Below, piece by piece: positions 10,571 through 20,106 of a DNA stretch of 64,000 nucleotides; positions within the stretch are counted from its first letter, which is position 1; the number at the start of each line of letters is the position of its first letter. This stretch comes from Thermodesulfobacteriota bacterium. GTDB taxonomy: Bacteria > Desulfobacterota > Binatia > Bin18. A program made the position numbers and the translations under genes. Below the pieces are notes generated by a model. It was not told the origin of the DNA, did no database searches, and saw only the letters and a program-made list of their open reading frames with translations. The stretch covers positions 1,248,001-1,312,000 of the forward strand of contig OZ219926.1 in NCBI GenBank assembly GCA_964291405.2, given 5' to 3'.

Positions 10571-11701
10571 TTATGCGTCCAAATGGTATATTCTGGCGGT
10601 ATTGCCACCGACAATCTTGGCCCGTTCCTCCTCGCTGCACTCGCTCAGAATCTCGTCGAGAATCTGCTGTGACCGGGGAAAGGTACATTCGGGGTGAGGA
10701 TAGTCCGACCCCCACAGGAGATTGTCCACGCCAATAAGCTGCCGGTCTCTGATGCCCAAGGCATCTTCCTGAAAGCTGATAAAGACGTTGCGGTGGAAAT
10801 AGTCGCTGGGCAGCATATCTTCCGTAAACCGATACGCGCCGTGCTGCGGCCTTTGGGTATAAGTATAGTCCAGACGTTCGAGGAAATGAGACGCCCAGGA
10901 GACCTCCTGCTCGATTGAGCCCACCTGGAGTTTCGGATAGCGCTCGAAGACCCCACTCAAAATCAGGCGGGCGAGCGACATGCGCACCCAGTGGTCTACA
11001 TTCACCAGGGCCGGGTAGTCAATGGTCTCAAGGGTCCCCTCATCGATATAGCCCGAACCCGGCCGATTGGTCGCCAGGTGGAGGCTGAGCGGCAGGTCCA
11101 AATCCTGGGCCGCGGCCCACAAGGGTTCGTATATCGGTCGGTCGTACGACTTCTGCTCGGTCGGATAGACCGAGATCATCGCCCCGACCAGCCCCAGTTT
11201 GGCGCAGCGCTTCATCTCACGGATACCCGACTGAACATCGTCAATGTCGAGCATGGCGATGCCTTTCAGACGGTCGGGGAAGGCGCTACAGAATTCGGCC
11301 AGCCAGCTATTATACGCGTAGCATAAGGCGGTCAGCAGTTCGCTATCCGGATGGCCGTACAGCAACAGCCCCTGGCTGGGATAGAGGAGCGCGACATCAA
11401 TGCCATCCGCGTCCATATCGGTAATACGCGCCTCGGGGATATAGGCTCCAGGCCGGACATTGTCCATGCGATCGGCAAAGCTCATCTTTTCCGGGTTTTC
11501 AAACCGCATCCCCATCTGCGATCCGCCCGACCCGCCACTGGCTCCGATGAGTCCGTCGCACATCCACCAGTCGGTGTCGTCCTCCGCGCGGTGGACAACG
11601 TGGGGAGCGCGGTCCCTGAACTTCGCCTCAACCCGACTCGTCCACAAATCGGCCGGCTCAAAAACATGGTCGTCCGACGATATGACTCTCCGGCTCGCCA
11701 T
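10571..11701 (-). CDS. amidohydrolase_2 family protein
   Basis: ISSDDHVFEP, YNSWLAEFC, LSLH, FERYPKL, WGSDYPHPE; GGAGG RBS before ATG 11701. Confidence 0.9.
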   Translation of the reverse strand: MASRRVISSDDHVFEPADLWTSRVEAKFRDRAPHVVHRAEDDTDWWMCDGLIGASGGSGGSQMGMRFENPEKMSFADRMDNVRPGAYIPEARITDMDADGIDVALLYPSQGLLLYGHPDSELLTALCYAYNSWLAEFCSAFPDRLKGIAMLDIDDVQSGIREMKRCAKLGLVGAMISVYPTEQKSYDRPIYEPLWAAAQDLDLPLSLHLATNRPGSGYIDEGTLETIDYPALVNVDHWVRMSLARLILSGVFERYPKLQVGSIEQEVSWASHFLERLDYTYTQRPQHGAYRFTEDMLPSDYFHRNVFISFQEDALGIRDRQLIGVDNLLWGSDYPHPECTFPRSQQILDEILSECSEEERAKIVGGNTARIYHLDA

Positions 11702-11714
11702 GGTAATCCCTCCT

Positions 11715-13457
11715 TTATACGGCCGCTCCGTGGCGGAGCAGTTTGCCCGGGGTCGCCTGCGTACACTGCCCGTCTTCGAAGATAGTGACCCCGTTGACCA
11801 GAATGTGCCGATACCCTTCGGCTTTCTGCACACGGCGCCACTCGTTGGTCGGCAGGTCGTGCACCACTTCCTCCGGCAGCGAGCGCAGTTGCTCCAGTTC
11901 ATACACCACAATGTCCGCCGCCATGCCAACGCGCAGGCTACCTCGATCTTTGAAGCCCGCTGCCCAGGCCGGCATCCCGCTCAACCGGAAATGCGCCTCC
12001 TCCAGACTGATGATCCCGGCATCCCGGACCAGCCAGGATAAGACCTCCGTCGGATAGATGGCCGGGGTGATGAATTTGACGTGGGCACCCCCATCGGAGA
12101 GGCCCGGCATGGTGTAGGGCGAGTTCATGACATCCCGGTAGCCCTCGATATTGGCATTGGTGGTCGGCCCCGCCCATTCGGTCCGCAAATCGTCCGCCAC
12201 CGACAGGTCGAGCATGGCGTCAACCACATGCTTGTGCTCCCGCTCGGCAATCTGGGCCACCGACAGCCCCTCGTACGTAGTTTTGAGTTCAGGATTGCGG
12301 ACCTTGCGAGCGATATAGCGCGTCAACGCTCCAAAGGCGAGATCCAGGGTTTCAAAGCCGCCCTGGTCATAGTCCTGTCGCATGGCCTGGCGCAGTTCGG
12401 GATTGGACAGTTTCGCTTTCTTTTCTTCCACGGTTCCGAGCGTTGCCTCGCGCCACAGCGGGGAGCCGTCGAACATATTCCAGTGTTCGAGAGTCATCCG
12501 AACCGGTGCCCGGGCGGTTACTGCCTGGCCAAACACGCGACGGCCGCGGTCGTTCGCCTCGGCGATCCATTTGAGTTGCGACTGGTGCGACTCCGGATGG
12601 GCATCAAAGATCTCCACCGAGTTGTACAACAGCGGGCGGCCACTCTCCGCCGCCAATTTTTCCAGAAAGATAAAATCCGCCTCAACTCCGAGCAGGCTTT
12701 CACCTGCCCCGGATTGAGAAAACTGGATACAGCCCTCTCCGCGTTCAGCCAGCGCTCGTCCCAGAGCCAGGTAGAATTCGTCCGGTAAAATGTCGGTAAT
12801 CATCGGCGTGCCGTCATAGTCGCGCTGGACCGAAATCCGGCTCTCCGGCACAAAACGCTGGGCCGACCAGCCCACCGCCCCGGCGTCCAGGGCCGTGTGC
12901 AGATGACGGATAATGGCCTGCGTCTCCTGTTCATTCGGAAAGCGCTGCTTGGCCGCGTCAAAGCCACCCATCTCATAGGCGACGGCCGGGGCCACTGGAA
13001 ACAGATGCGAGATATTGATCCCCAGCGGCATCCGGGCGAGCGCGGCCATATATTGTGGAAAGGTCTCCCAATCGGCCTGTATCGAGACTTTCATGGGCTC
13101 AAGCGGAATGGCCTCGTTGCGCGACAGGGCCAGCATGGCCCGCTCGGCATCTTGGGCGTGGAGCGGCGCAAAGCCAAAGCCACAGTTCCCGATCGTCACG
13201 GAAGTTACCCCATGCCAACTGCTGATCGTACAATAGGCGTCCCAGTGAATCTGCGCATCGTAATGGGTGTGCAGGTCAATAAAGCCCGGCGCTACGATGT
13301 ACCCACTGGCGTCAATCACGCTGGCCGCCTGACTGGTCTTGAGGTTGCCGATGGCTGCGATCAGGCCGCTCTTGATGCCGATATCGGCTCGGTAGCGCGG
13401 TACCCGGGTGCCGTCGATGACGGTCCCGTTTTTGATGATCGTATCAAATTGCGGCAT
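11715..13457 (-). CDS. N-acyl-D-amino-acid deacylase family amidohydrolase
   Basis: PGFIDLHTHYDAQ, HGVTSVTIGNCG, SDGGAH, DRGSLRVGMAADI; paralog of 7042-8745. Confidence 0.9.
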   Translation of the reverse strand: MPQFDTIIKNGTVIDGTRVPRYRADIGIKSGLIAAIGNLKTSQAASVIDASGYIVAPGFIDLHTHYDAQIHWDAYCTISSWHGVTSVTIGNCGFGFAPLHAQDAERAMLALSRNEAIPLEPMKVSIQADWETFPQYMAALARMPLGINISHLFPVAPAVAYEMGGFDAAKQRFPNEQETQAIIRHLHTALDAGAVGWSAQRFVPESRISVQRDYDGTPMITDILPDEFYLALGRALAERGEGCIQFSQSGAGESLLGVEADFIFLEKLAAESGRPLLYNSVEIFDAHPESHQSQLKWIAEANDRGRRVFGQAVTARAPVRMTLEHWNMFDGSPLWREATLGTVEEKKAKLSNPELRQAMRQDYDQGGFETLDLAFGALTRYIARKVRNPELKTTYEGLSVAQIAEREHKHVVDAMLDLSVADDLRTEWAGPTTNANIEGYRDVMNSPYTMPGLSDGGAHVKFITPAIYPTEVLSWLVRDAGIISLEEAHFRLSGMPAWAAGFKDRGSLRVGMAADIVVYELEQLRSLPEEVVHDLPTNEWRRVQKAEGYRHILVNGVTIFEDGQCTQATPGKLLRHGAAV

Positions 13458-13471
13458 AGCGCCCTCCTTGA

Positions 13472-14380
13472 TTACGTGTTTTCTGAGTGGCCCGAACTTG
13501 ACGCCGGGCGATAATCGGCGTGCAGGTCAGCCGCACAGACCCAATCGTGCTCGCCTCGGCCGCTGGCAACTCCAGCCTCAAAGAGCCGTGTCAGGGCATC
13601 AAACATACCGGGGTCAATGTCCGCGTCTCGACTGTAGTTGGCAATCAGCCGGCTAATGGCAACCATGACACTGACGCTGCTTTCAATCTTGTCGGGGTTG
13701 GTTGCGAAATCCTCTTGCCGAGCTTTGTCCAGGATATCCGTCACCATCAACGGAATAGTCTTTTTGATAAAGGCTTCATACTGATCCAGGGGAACGCCCT
13801 CGTTCCGGCAGATCTTGACCGCCTGGAGCAAACCGACCACCAGGGGCGCGACGGGGATGATGCAGGACAGGTCGAAGGCGGATGCAGCTCCAGGGTTATC
13901 GCCTAGAAAGAGGACGCCACCGAGCCGCTCCAGCATGGACCGGCAGGTTGAGAAAGCCGCCGGGTCCCCGCTACACAGAATCTGGAGTTGAGGGGTTCCC
14001 ACCAGATTGGGATAGCCAATGACCGCCCCGTCCAGATAGCGTCCGCCGGCCGTGGTGATGTGGTCTCCCAGCCGGCGTGCTTCGTTTGGCGTGCCGGTCG
14101 TCAATTCAATAATGATTTTTCCTCTCAGTCGGCGCTGTTCGTTTTCAAGCAGGGTCAGGCAGTCGGCGCAGTTCGCGATATTGAAAATCGTCCACGGACT
14201 GGCCTCAAGGGCCGCCCCAACAGAGTCGGCGACGGTCACCCCGGTCACGCCGGACCGGACAATCGCCTCGGCTTTCTGTCGGGTACGATTCCAGATTGTG
14301 AGTGTGGACCCGCCTTTTGCCAGCGTGCGGACCAGGGCCGAGCCCATTAGCCCACACCCAATGATGCTGATCTCACTCAT
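13472..14380 (-). CDS. NAD(P)-dependent oxidoreductase, imine-reductase/beta-hydroxyacid-dehydrogenase fold
   Basis: IIGCGLMGSAL..TIWNRT, LTTGTP, YLDGAVIGYP, GAASAFDL. Confidence 0.85.
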   Translation of the reverse strand: MSEISIIGCGLMGSALVRTLAKGGSTLTIWNRTRQKAEAIVRSGVTGVTVADSVGAALEASPWTIFNIANCADCLTLLENEQRRLRGKIIIELTTGTPNEARRLGDHITTAGGRYLDGAVIGYPNLVGTPQLQILCSGDPAAFSTCRSMLERLGGVLFLGDNPGAASAFDLSCIIPVAPLVVGLLQAVKICRNEGVPLDQYEAFIKKTIPLMVTDILDKARQEDFATNPDKIESSVSVMVAISRLIANYSRDADIDPGMFDALTRLFEAGVASGRGEHDWVCAADLHADYRPASSSGHSENT

Positions 14381-14460
14381 AGCCCCCCCTCGCCTTCGTC
14401 ACTTACCATATTCTTGCGGAGAAAAGGAGTTGGTAGTTTTCCCTTTTCACCGCAGAACAA
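14353..14460. repeat. ~108-bp direct repeat, copy 1 (leader plus first codons of the oxidoreductase gene) containing a hairpin
   Basis: Aligns by eye to 15504-15610; shared core CTCGCCTTC...CGGAGAAAAGGAGTTGG.AGTTTTC.CTTTT.ACCG.AGAACAA. Confidence 0.85.
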
Positions 14461-14583
14461 AGAAGCTGAAAGCGGGCGGCCAACCCCCATCATCGTTCGC
14501 ACCTCAGCAGCGTTGAGGCGGCCCTGCGCGCCCTTGGACGCGACTTGACCTATGCGGAAAAGGTCACCTCGGCCAGAGATGCT

Positions 14584-15474
14584 CTATCCTCCGAACATAT
14601 ACTTCATGGTGAACATCACCGAGTATTGATGCGGGCTGCTGAAATGTTCGTTGGAGCGAAAGTCAGGGTTCTCTCGATGAACCGGATGATCGCGGTAGCC
14701 TGCTTTGGCTTCGAGATCGTCCATAATGGAATACGTCAGTTTCACACCTGCCAGAATCTTGTCAGTCAGGTGGTAATCGGTGCCAATGTAGAAATTTCCA
14801 ACTACGACCGTATCCCACATATCGGCATCCTTATGGGAGTTATAGAATGACAGATCCCTCGAAGGGTCGGCCAAATCTTCGTAGTTGGTGGAATAATGCA
14901 CGTCGGACATCTCGCCGAATGCGACACCCAGGCCGACACCCAGGTAAGGCGTAACCTTTGGGTGGAATACGTCCAGGAAATCGTAATACACGTTTAATGA
15001 CAGGGTGCGCGTCGTGAGATCGTCAATCCTGGACACACTGTTGGAGACAACCTTGTTGTGTGCGGGCGGTTGATATGGAGCCCTGTCATCCAGATAGGTG
15101 CTGCCGGTGAACGTCTGGTCAATATCGTTCTTACGTTGTGCGGCCGAAATTTCCAGGCGCCACCGGTTGAACGTGCGGCCGAGCGAAATCTCGAACGCGC
15201 TGCCGAGATCCAGATCAAGATCGTAATTCCAGCGGTACCCCGGAATGGAAATTCCTTCGATGTTCTCGCTCAGACCCGGCTCATCACAGATACGAGGAGA
15301 GCAGTATGTATCCCGATTCCAGCCCTTCTCTTCTATGTCGTGAACCCAATTGGCCCCAATCCCACCACCAATATACCACTGGGACCGTTGTGGTTCCGCA
15401 CCCGCTTCACCTGATATGGAACAAACCAGCACCATTGTACTGACAGCAACCCACCGTATTAGTGAGCGTTTCAT
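14584..15474 (-). CDS. outer-membrane beta-barrel protein (opacity/OmpA-like/Msp2-type)
   Basis: Signal peptide MKRSLIRWVAV..; WYIGGGIG, WRLE, LNVYYDF, PYLGVGLG; C-terminal MKYMF. Confidence 0.85.
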   Translation of the reverse strand: MKRSLIRWVAVSTMVLVCSISGEAGAEPQRSQWYIGGGIGANWVHDIEEKGWNRDTYCSPRICDEPGLSENIEGISIPGYRWNYDLDLDLGSAFEISLGRTFNRWRLEISAAQRKNDIDQTFTGSTYLDDRAPYQPPAHNKVVSNSVSRIDDLTTRTLSLNVYYDFLDVFHPKVTPYLGVGLGVAFGEMSDVHYSTNYEDLADPSRDLSFYNSHKDADMWDTVVVGNFYIGTDYHLTDKILAGVKLTYSIMDDLEAKAGYRDHPVHRENPDFRSNEHFSSPHQYSVMFTMKYMFGG

Positions 15475-15503
15475 CGGGGATTCCTTTTGCCGGCGTCTTC
15501 GTT

Positions 15504-15610
15504 CACAACCAATGATGTTGATCTCACTTATAGTTCTCCTCGCCTTCATCACCTACCACATTTCTACGGAGAAAAGGAGTTGGCAGTTTTCTCTTTTAAC
15601 CGTAGAACAA
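15504..15610. repeat. ~107-bp direct repeat, copy 2 (upstream of the beta-barrel gene)
   Basis: Contains the decayed start ATA-AGT-GAG-ATC-AAC-ATC-ATT-GGT-TGT (ISEINIIGC versus MSEISIIGC). Confidence 0.85.
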
Positions 15611-15695
15611 ATCGGCTAGGACAGGTGCTGAAACCTCGCTCAGCGGGACACGGACTACCCGGTACGCCCTGCCGCGTAGGAGAAGGGGGAACAGC

Positions 15696-16565
15696 ATGAC
15701 AGCCAACCGAACGTATGAGATTGATGTAGAAGACGTTGAGTATCTCCGTCACGGGGACAAGCCCTTACTGGCACGTATGTTCAAGCCGCGCGGGCCGGGG
15801 CCGTTTCCGGCCATAATCGAACTCCACGGCGGAGCCTGGTGTTTAGGCGACCGATTGATGGACGTTACCATCAACGAGCCCCTGGCAAAAAGCGGGGTGG
15901 TCGTGGCAGCGCTCGATTTCCGCGTGCCGCCCGAAGCCTCGTACCCCGGCTCTCTGGCTGACATCAACTACGCCATCCGGTGGTTCAAGACACAAGCCAC
16001 GGAGTTTGGGAGCCACCCGGACCTCGTGGGCGCGTTGGGTAGCTCTAGTGGTGCCCACCAGGCAATACTGGCGGGCATGCGACCGTTCGATGCCAGGTAC
16101 GCGGCCCTCCCATTACCTGCCGGCGCGTCGGATGTTGATGCACGTCTGCGCTGTGCCGTCCTGTGCTGGCCGGTTATCGATCCCCTGGCGCGCTATCACT
16201 ATGCCAAGAAGCTGAAGGCGAGCGGTCAGCCCTACCCCGATTTAGTGGACCTCGTGCTGCCCCTGCACGACAAGTACTGGAAAACCGAGGAGGCCATGGC
16301 CGAGGGCAATCCGGTCCTCGCCCTGGAACGCGGAGAGCAGGTCGAACTACCGCCCGCGCTCTACATCCAAGGCACCCGCGACAGGGCCCATCCCCGTCCC
16401 GACCTCGACCGTTTTGTCGAACACTACCGCCAGGCCGGCGGTCAGGTCGCCCTGGAGATGTACGAGGACGAGGCGGAAGGGTTTATTATCAGGAATCCGT
16501 CTTCACCAGCTTCCGAGCAGGCCCTTCAGAAAATCATCGAATTCGTCCACGCACAGCTTCAGTGA
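15696..16565 (+). CDS. alpha/beta hydrolase, HSL-like esterase
   Basis: HGGAW oxyanion motif, GSSSG nucleophile elbow. Confidence 0.88.
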   Translation: MTANRTYEIDVEDVEYLRHGDKPLLARMFKPRGPGPFPAIIELHGGAWCLGDRLMDVTINEPLAKSGVVVAALDFRVPPEASYPGSLADINYAIRWFKTQATEFGSHPDLVGALGSSSGAHQAILAGMRPFDARYAALPLPAGASDVDARLRCAVLCWPVIDPLARYHYAKKLKASGQPYPDLVDLVLPLHDKYWKTEEAMAEGNPVLALERGEQVELPPALYIQGTRDRAHPRPDLDRFVEHYRQAGGQVALEMYEDEAEGFIIRNPSSPASEQALQKIIEFVHAQLQ

Positions 16566-16586
16566 AGATAGAGTGGGCTGCTCCAT

Positions 16587-17984
16587 ATGACCGTCGCTGA
16601 TTTCACGCGGTTGGGCATTTCTGATGTTGTCGGCCTGATTCGGACGGGCCAGCTCTCGCCGGTAGAACTCGTTCAGTCCTGCATCGACCGCATCGAGTCG
16701 CTCAATCCTGGGTTGAATGTCTACCTCACCGTCCTGGCGGACGAGGCGCTGGTTGCGGCCAAAGCGGCGGAACAAGTGGTAACGACGGGAGATGCACTCG
16801 GGCCGCTGCATGGCGTTCCCGTTGCGCTGAAGGACAACTGTGAAGTTGCGGGAGTCCGGCTGACCGGGGGGACACCGTTCTTGAGGGACAACGTTGCGAC
16901 CGCCGACGCCGAAATCGTCTCACGCCTGCGCCGGGCGGGTGCCATTATTCTGGGCAAGCTCAATATGCACGAATGGGCCATTGGCGGCACGACACGCAAT
17001 CCGCATTATGGCCCGTGTCATAATCCCTGGGATCGAGACCGCATTCCCGGCGGTTCCAGCGGGGGCTCGGGCGCAGCCGTTGCTGCGGGTATGGCACTCA
17101 TAACAGTCGGTACGGATACGGGTGGGTCGGTACGTATTCCGGCGGCGCTGAATGGGGTCTGCGGTCTTCGACCTACGATGGGTCGCATCAGCAATCGGGG
17201 CGTTATTCCGGTCAGTTGGACCTTTGACACGGTGGGTCCGCTGGCCCGACGGGCGGAAGATATCGCGCATGTGTTGCAAGTCCTGGCCGGCTATGATTCG
17301 CACGATTTGACCTCCCTCGATCAGCCGGTTGGAGATTATTTGACCGGACTCAACGACGGCGTCAAGGATTGGCGCATAGGACTGCTCGGTGGACATTTTC
17401 AGACAGAGCCCCAACCGGCGGTGGTGACGCTCATCAAGCAAGCGGCCCGCGTTTTTGAAGAGCTGGGTGCCCGCGTAGAAGAGATAGAGTTGGTTGACGC
17501 GAAAGAAACGATTGAGCGCGCGAGTGAGATGCTTCTGGCTGACGCCGCCGCATTTCATCAAGCCCGGCTTGCGGAACGGGCGGAAGGTTTCGGACCGGAC
17601 GTCCGGACACGGTTACAGATTGGCGCACAGGTCAGCGGCAGCCAGTATGCCCTCGCCCGCCAGGAGCAGCGCCGCTGGCAACGCCAGCTCAAGCAGACCT
17701 TTGAGCGCTACGATCTCCTCCTGGCACCGACCTGCGGCATTCCGGCTCCACTCATTGAAGAAAGCGAGGGCGTCCAGACAACCCGACTCCTGACCCGTTT
17801 CACCTATCCGTTTAGCTTGGCCCAAGTGCCAGTGCTGAGCGTCCCGTGCGGATTTACCCAAGGCCCGCTTCCGGTCGGCATGCAGCTCATCGCCCCAGCC
17901 TGGGCAGAGGCCGCTATCCTGCGTGCGGCACAGGCGTATCAGCAGGTCACCGACTGGCATATGCAACGGCCTAACGCGGGATAA
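16587..17984 (+). CDS. amidase signature family protein (GatA-like)
   Basis: LHGVPVALKD, GGSSGGSGAA, GTDTGGSVRIPA. Confidence 0.93.
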   Translation: MTVADFTRLGISDVVGLIRTGQLSPVELVQSCIDRIESLNPGLNVYLTVLADEALVAAKAAEQVVTTGDALGPLHGVPVALKDNCEVAGVRLTGGTPFLRDNVATADAEIVSRLRRAGAIILGKLNMHEWAIGGTTRNPHYGPCHNPWDRDRIPGGSSGGSGAAVAAGMALITVGTDTGGSVRIPAALNGVCGLRPTMGRISNRGVIPVSWTFDTVGPLARRAEDIAHVLQVLAGYDSHDLTSLDQPVGDYLTGLNDGVKDWRIGLLGGHFQTEPQPAVVTLIKQAARVFEELGARVEEIELVDAKETIERASEMLLADAAAFHQARLAERAEGFGPDVRTRLQIGAQVSGSQYALARQEQRRWQRQLKQTFERYDLLLAPTCGIPAPLIEESEGVQTTRLLTRFTYPFSLAQVPVLSVPCGFTQGPLPVGMQLIAPAWAEAAILRAAQAYQQVTDWHMQRPNAG

Positions 17985-19713
17985 GAGGCAATACGATATG
18001 GGAGGGGCGGCTCTCATCATGAAACACGCGCTGCAAGGCTGGTTCTAGCCGCCGCGCCTCGGCGGCAGCTTCTCCGGTCTGCGGATTGCGATCAAAGCGT
18101 GGGAAATTCGAGCTGGCAATCTCGACCCGTATGCGGTGGCCGGCTTTGAAGACATTGCTGGTGGCCCATAAGTCTATGGAGTATTCGTAGACCTCTCCCG
18201 GGGTGAGCAGTTCCGCCGCTGCGCGCGATTTCCGATAACGCCCGCGCAGAATGCCGTCCGTGAGATTACACGCATAGCCGTCCGGCTGTACGTCTACCAG
18301 CTTGGCGGTAAAATCCGTATCCACAGCGCTGGTTGCCGCATACAAACTGAGCGTGACAGGACCGGTCACCTCCAGGTCTCGCTCCAAGACTGGCGTGGTG
18401 TAGACCAATACATCCTGCCGTTCCTCGATTGCGCGTTGATCGAATGCTCCGCCCGGCATAGCTGCCGGCCAGCCGGTTACCCCGCCGCCTCTGGTTGGTA
18501 CGGGGTTCCGGGGGTCGGAGACATACACATCCGCCGGTTCGGTACGCGGCGGCTCGGGACTCAACCGGCCATCGCCGCGCAGGCTCTTCGCGTTGCCGTT
18601 ACTGTGCAGGTAATATTTTGTGTATTGGGTGCGGGCGAGCGGCCATTCATTCTCCATCCGCCACACATTCTCGCCCATGACAAAGATACGCACTGGCGGC
18701 TCTTCTAAGAGCCCGTTCTGTTTTCCTTTGAGCCAGTAGTCAAACCATTTGATATGGAGGCCGTCCAGGTCGGTGACGAAGGCATGACTGGAAAAGCCGT
18801 AATCCACCTCTCCGACTACGTTGCCGAGGGGCAGGGTGTGATACCAAGGGCCAATAACGAGTTTTTGGCCCTGCCGGGATTCCTGAGTCGCCCCATGCTC
18901 ACGCATGCCGAGATAATTCCGGAGCGTGCCGCCCAGAAAAATATCGTACCAGCCGCCCACATTGCAGACCGGCACCCCGACCGCGCTATGTCGGGATTCA
19001 ATATTCCAGCGTGCCCAGTACTCGTCGTCGTCAGGGTGGGCAAGCCAGTCATAAAAATACGGAGCAGACTCGTTCAGGAGCGGGAAATCGTTCAGCGGCA
19101 GATGCTGAAACCATGCGCGCAGGTCATCAATCGCGCCGATCAACTGCCTGAGTCGGTCCGCAGGCGCACCATCTTTCCGGATCAGGCGCATCAACGTATC
19201 CGGCGCAAGGCGAGCCAACGTCCAACTGACGTTAAACCCGAGGGCAAAGGCTCCGCCCTGATACGCCCAGCCTTCGTGATAGTGGGAGGCGGTAATCAGT
19301 GGAAAAATGGCTTTGAGATGGGGGGGCGTACTGATCGCGGCGAGCCACTGGGTCGCACCGACATAGGACGCCCCATACATGCCAACGTTACCATCAGACC
19401 AGGCTTGAGCCGCACACCACTCCACCGAATCATAGCCGTCCAGGATGTCATCTCGGAAGGCATAAAACTCCCCATCGGACGCGTACCGCCCGCGGGTGTC
19501 CTGGATGACCACGGCATACCCCTCGCTAGCCGTCCGTATGACGTCAAGCATCAGGATTACTCCAGCGAGCAGATTTTTATTATACGGCGTGCGTTGGAGG
19601 ATAACGGGATATTTCCCAGGTGTGGCCGGGCGGTACACGTCGGCTCGCAACACGGTCCCATCCCGCATTGGGACAGGGACGTCTTTTTCAATGCTGAGAC
19701 TTGATTCTCCCAT
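17971..19713 (-). CDS. CocE/NonD family hydrolase
   Basis: VPMRDG..LRADVYRP, RTPY, GASYVG, GGWYD, ASSNFPRFDRN. Confidence 0.93.
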   Translation of the reverse strand: MGESSLSIEKDVPVPMRDGTVLRADVYRPATPGKYPVILQRTPYNKNLLAGVILMLDVIRTASEGYAVVIQDTRGRYASDGEFYAFRDDILDGYDSVEWCAAQAWSDGNVGMYGASYVGATQWLAAISTPPHLKAIFPLITASHYHEGWAYQGGAFALGFNVSWTLARLAPDTLMRLIRKDGAPADRLRQLIGAIDDLRAWFQHLPLNDFPLLNESAPYFYDWLAHPDDDEYWARWNIESRHSAVGVPVCNVGGWYDIFLGGTLRNYLGMREHGATQESRQGQKLVIGPWYHTLPLGNVVGEVDYGFSSHAFVTDLDGLHIKWFDYWLKGKQNGLLEEPPVRIFVMGENVWRMENEWPLARTQYTKYYLHSNGNAKSLRGDGRLSPEPPRTEPADVYVSDPRNPVPTRGGGVTGWPAAMPGGAFDQRAIEERQDVLVYTTPVLERDLEVTGPVTLSLYAATSAVDTDFTAKLVDVQPDGYACNLTDGILRGRYRKSRAAAELLTPGEVYEYSIDLWATSNVFKAGHRIRVEIASSNFPRFDRNPQTGEAAAEARRLEPALQRVFHDESRPSHIVLPLIPR

Positions 19714-20106
19714 AACGTTGCTCCCGACCGGTCATACTAACCACGCTTGCAAACTGTCCCTGATACGATTCGGCACCTAGCCGACCAGCGGCTCGAATGT
19801 CAAGGCGAGCACCCATCCCACGAGCAATAAAGCGGGGGGTCCTTGGCCCACCCCAGCTAGCCTGTAATGGCAAATGGTTTTTCCTACTTTCTATCTGATC
19901 TGTGAGCATGATACCGTCCTGTCCCAGATGTCTGGTGGAACTGCCTCGGGAGGGATATTGGCGCGCCTGCCAGATGTTTAACCCGAACAACACAAAGCGG
20001 GTGTGTGGTCAGTGTGGGGCTACACATCCGCCAGTTGATTTCACAGGCGTTCACTGGCCAGAGATTGCGGCTGCAATCAGGAGTGAACAGGACTAAGGGG
20101 GCCGGT

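Noticed and set aside
10563-11929. Long N-terminal extensions in the ORF track (ABC transporter to 10715, amidohydrolase to 11929; likewise 31508, 42778, 61409)
   Set aside because: Most overlap neighbouring genes, and downstream ATGs fit RBS positions and family N-termini better
15611-15695. Possible riboswitch upstream of the esterase gene
   Set aside because: No recognisable aptamer consensus; would need an Infernal search
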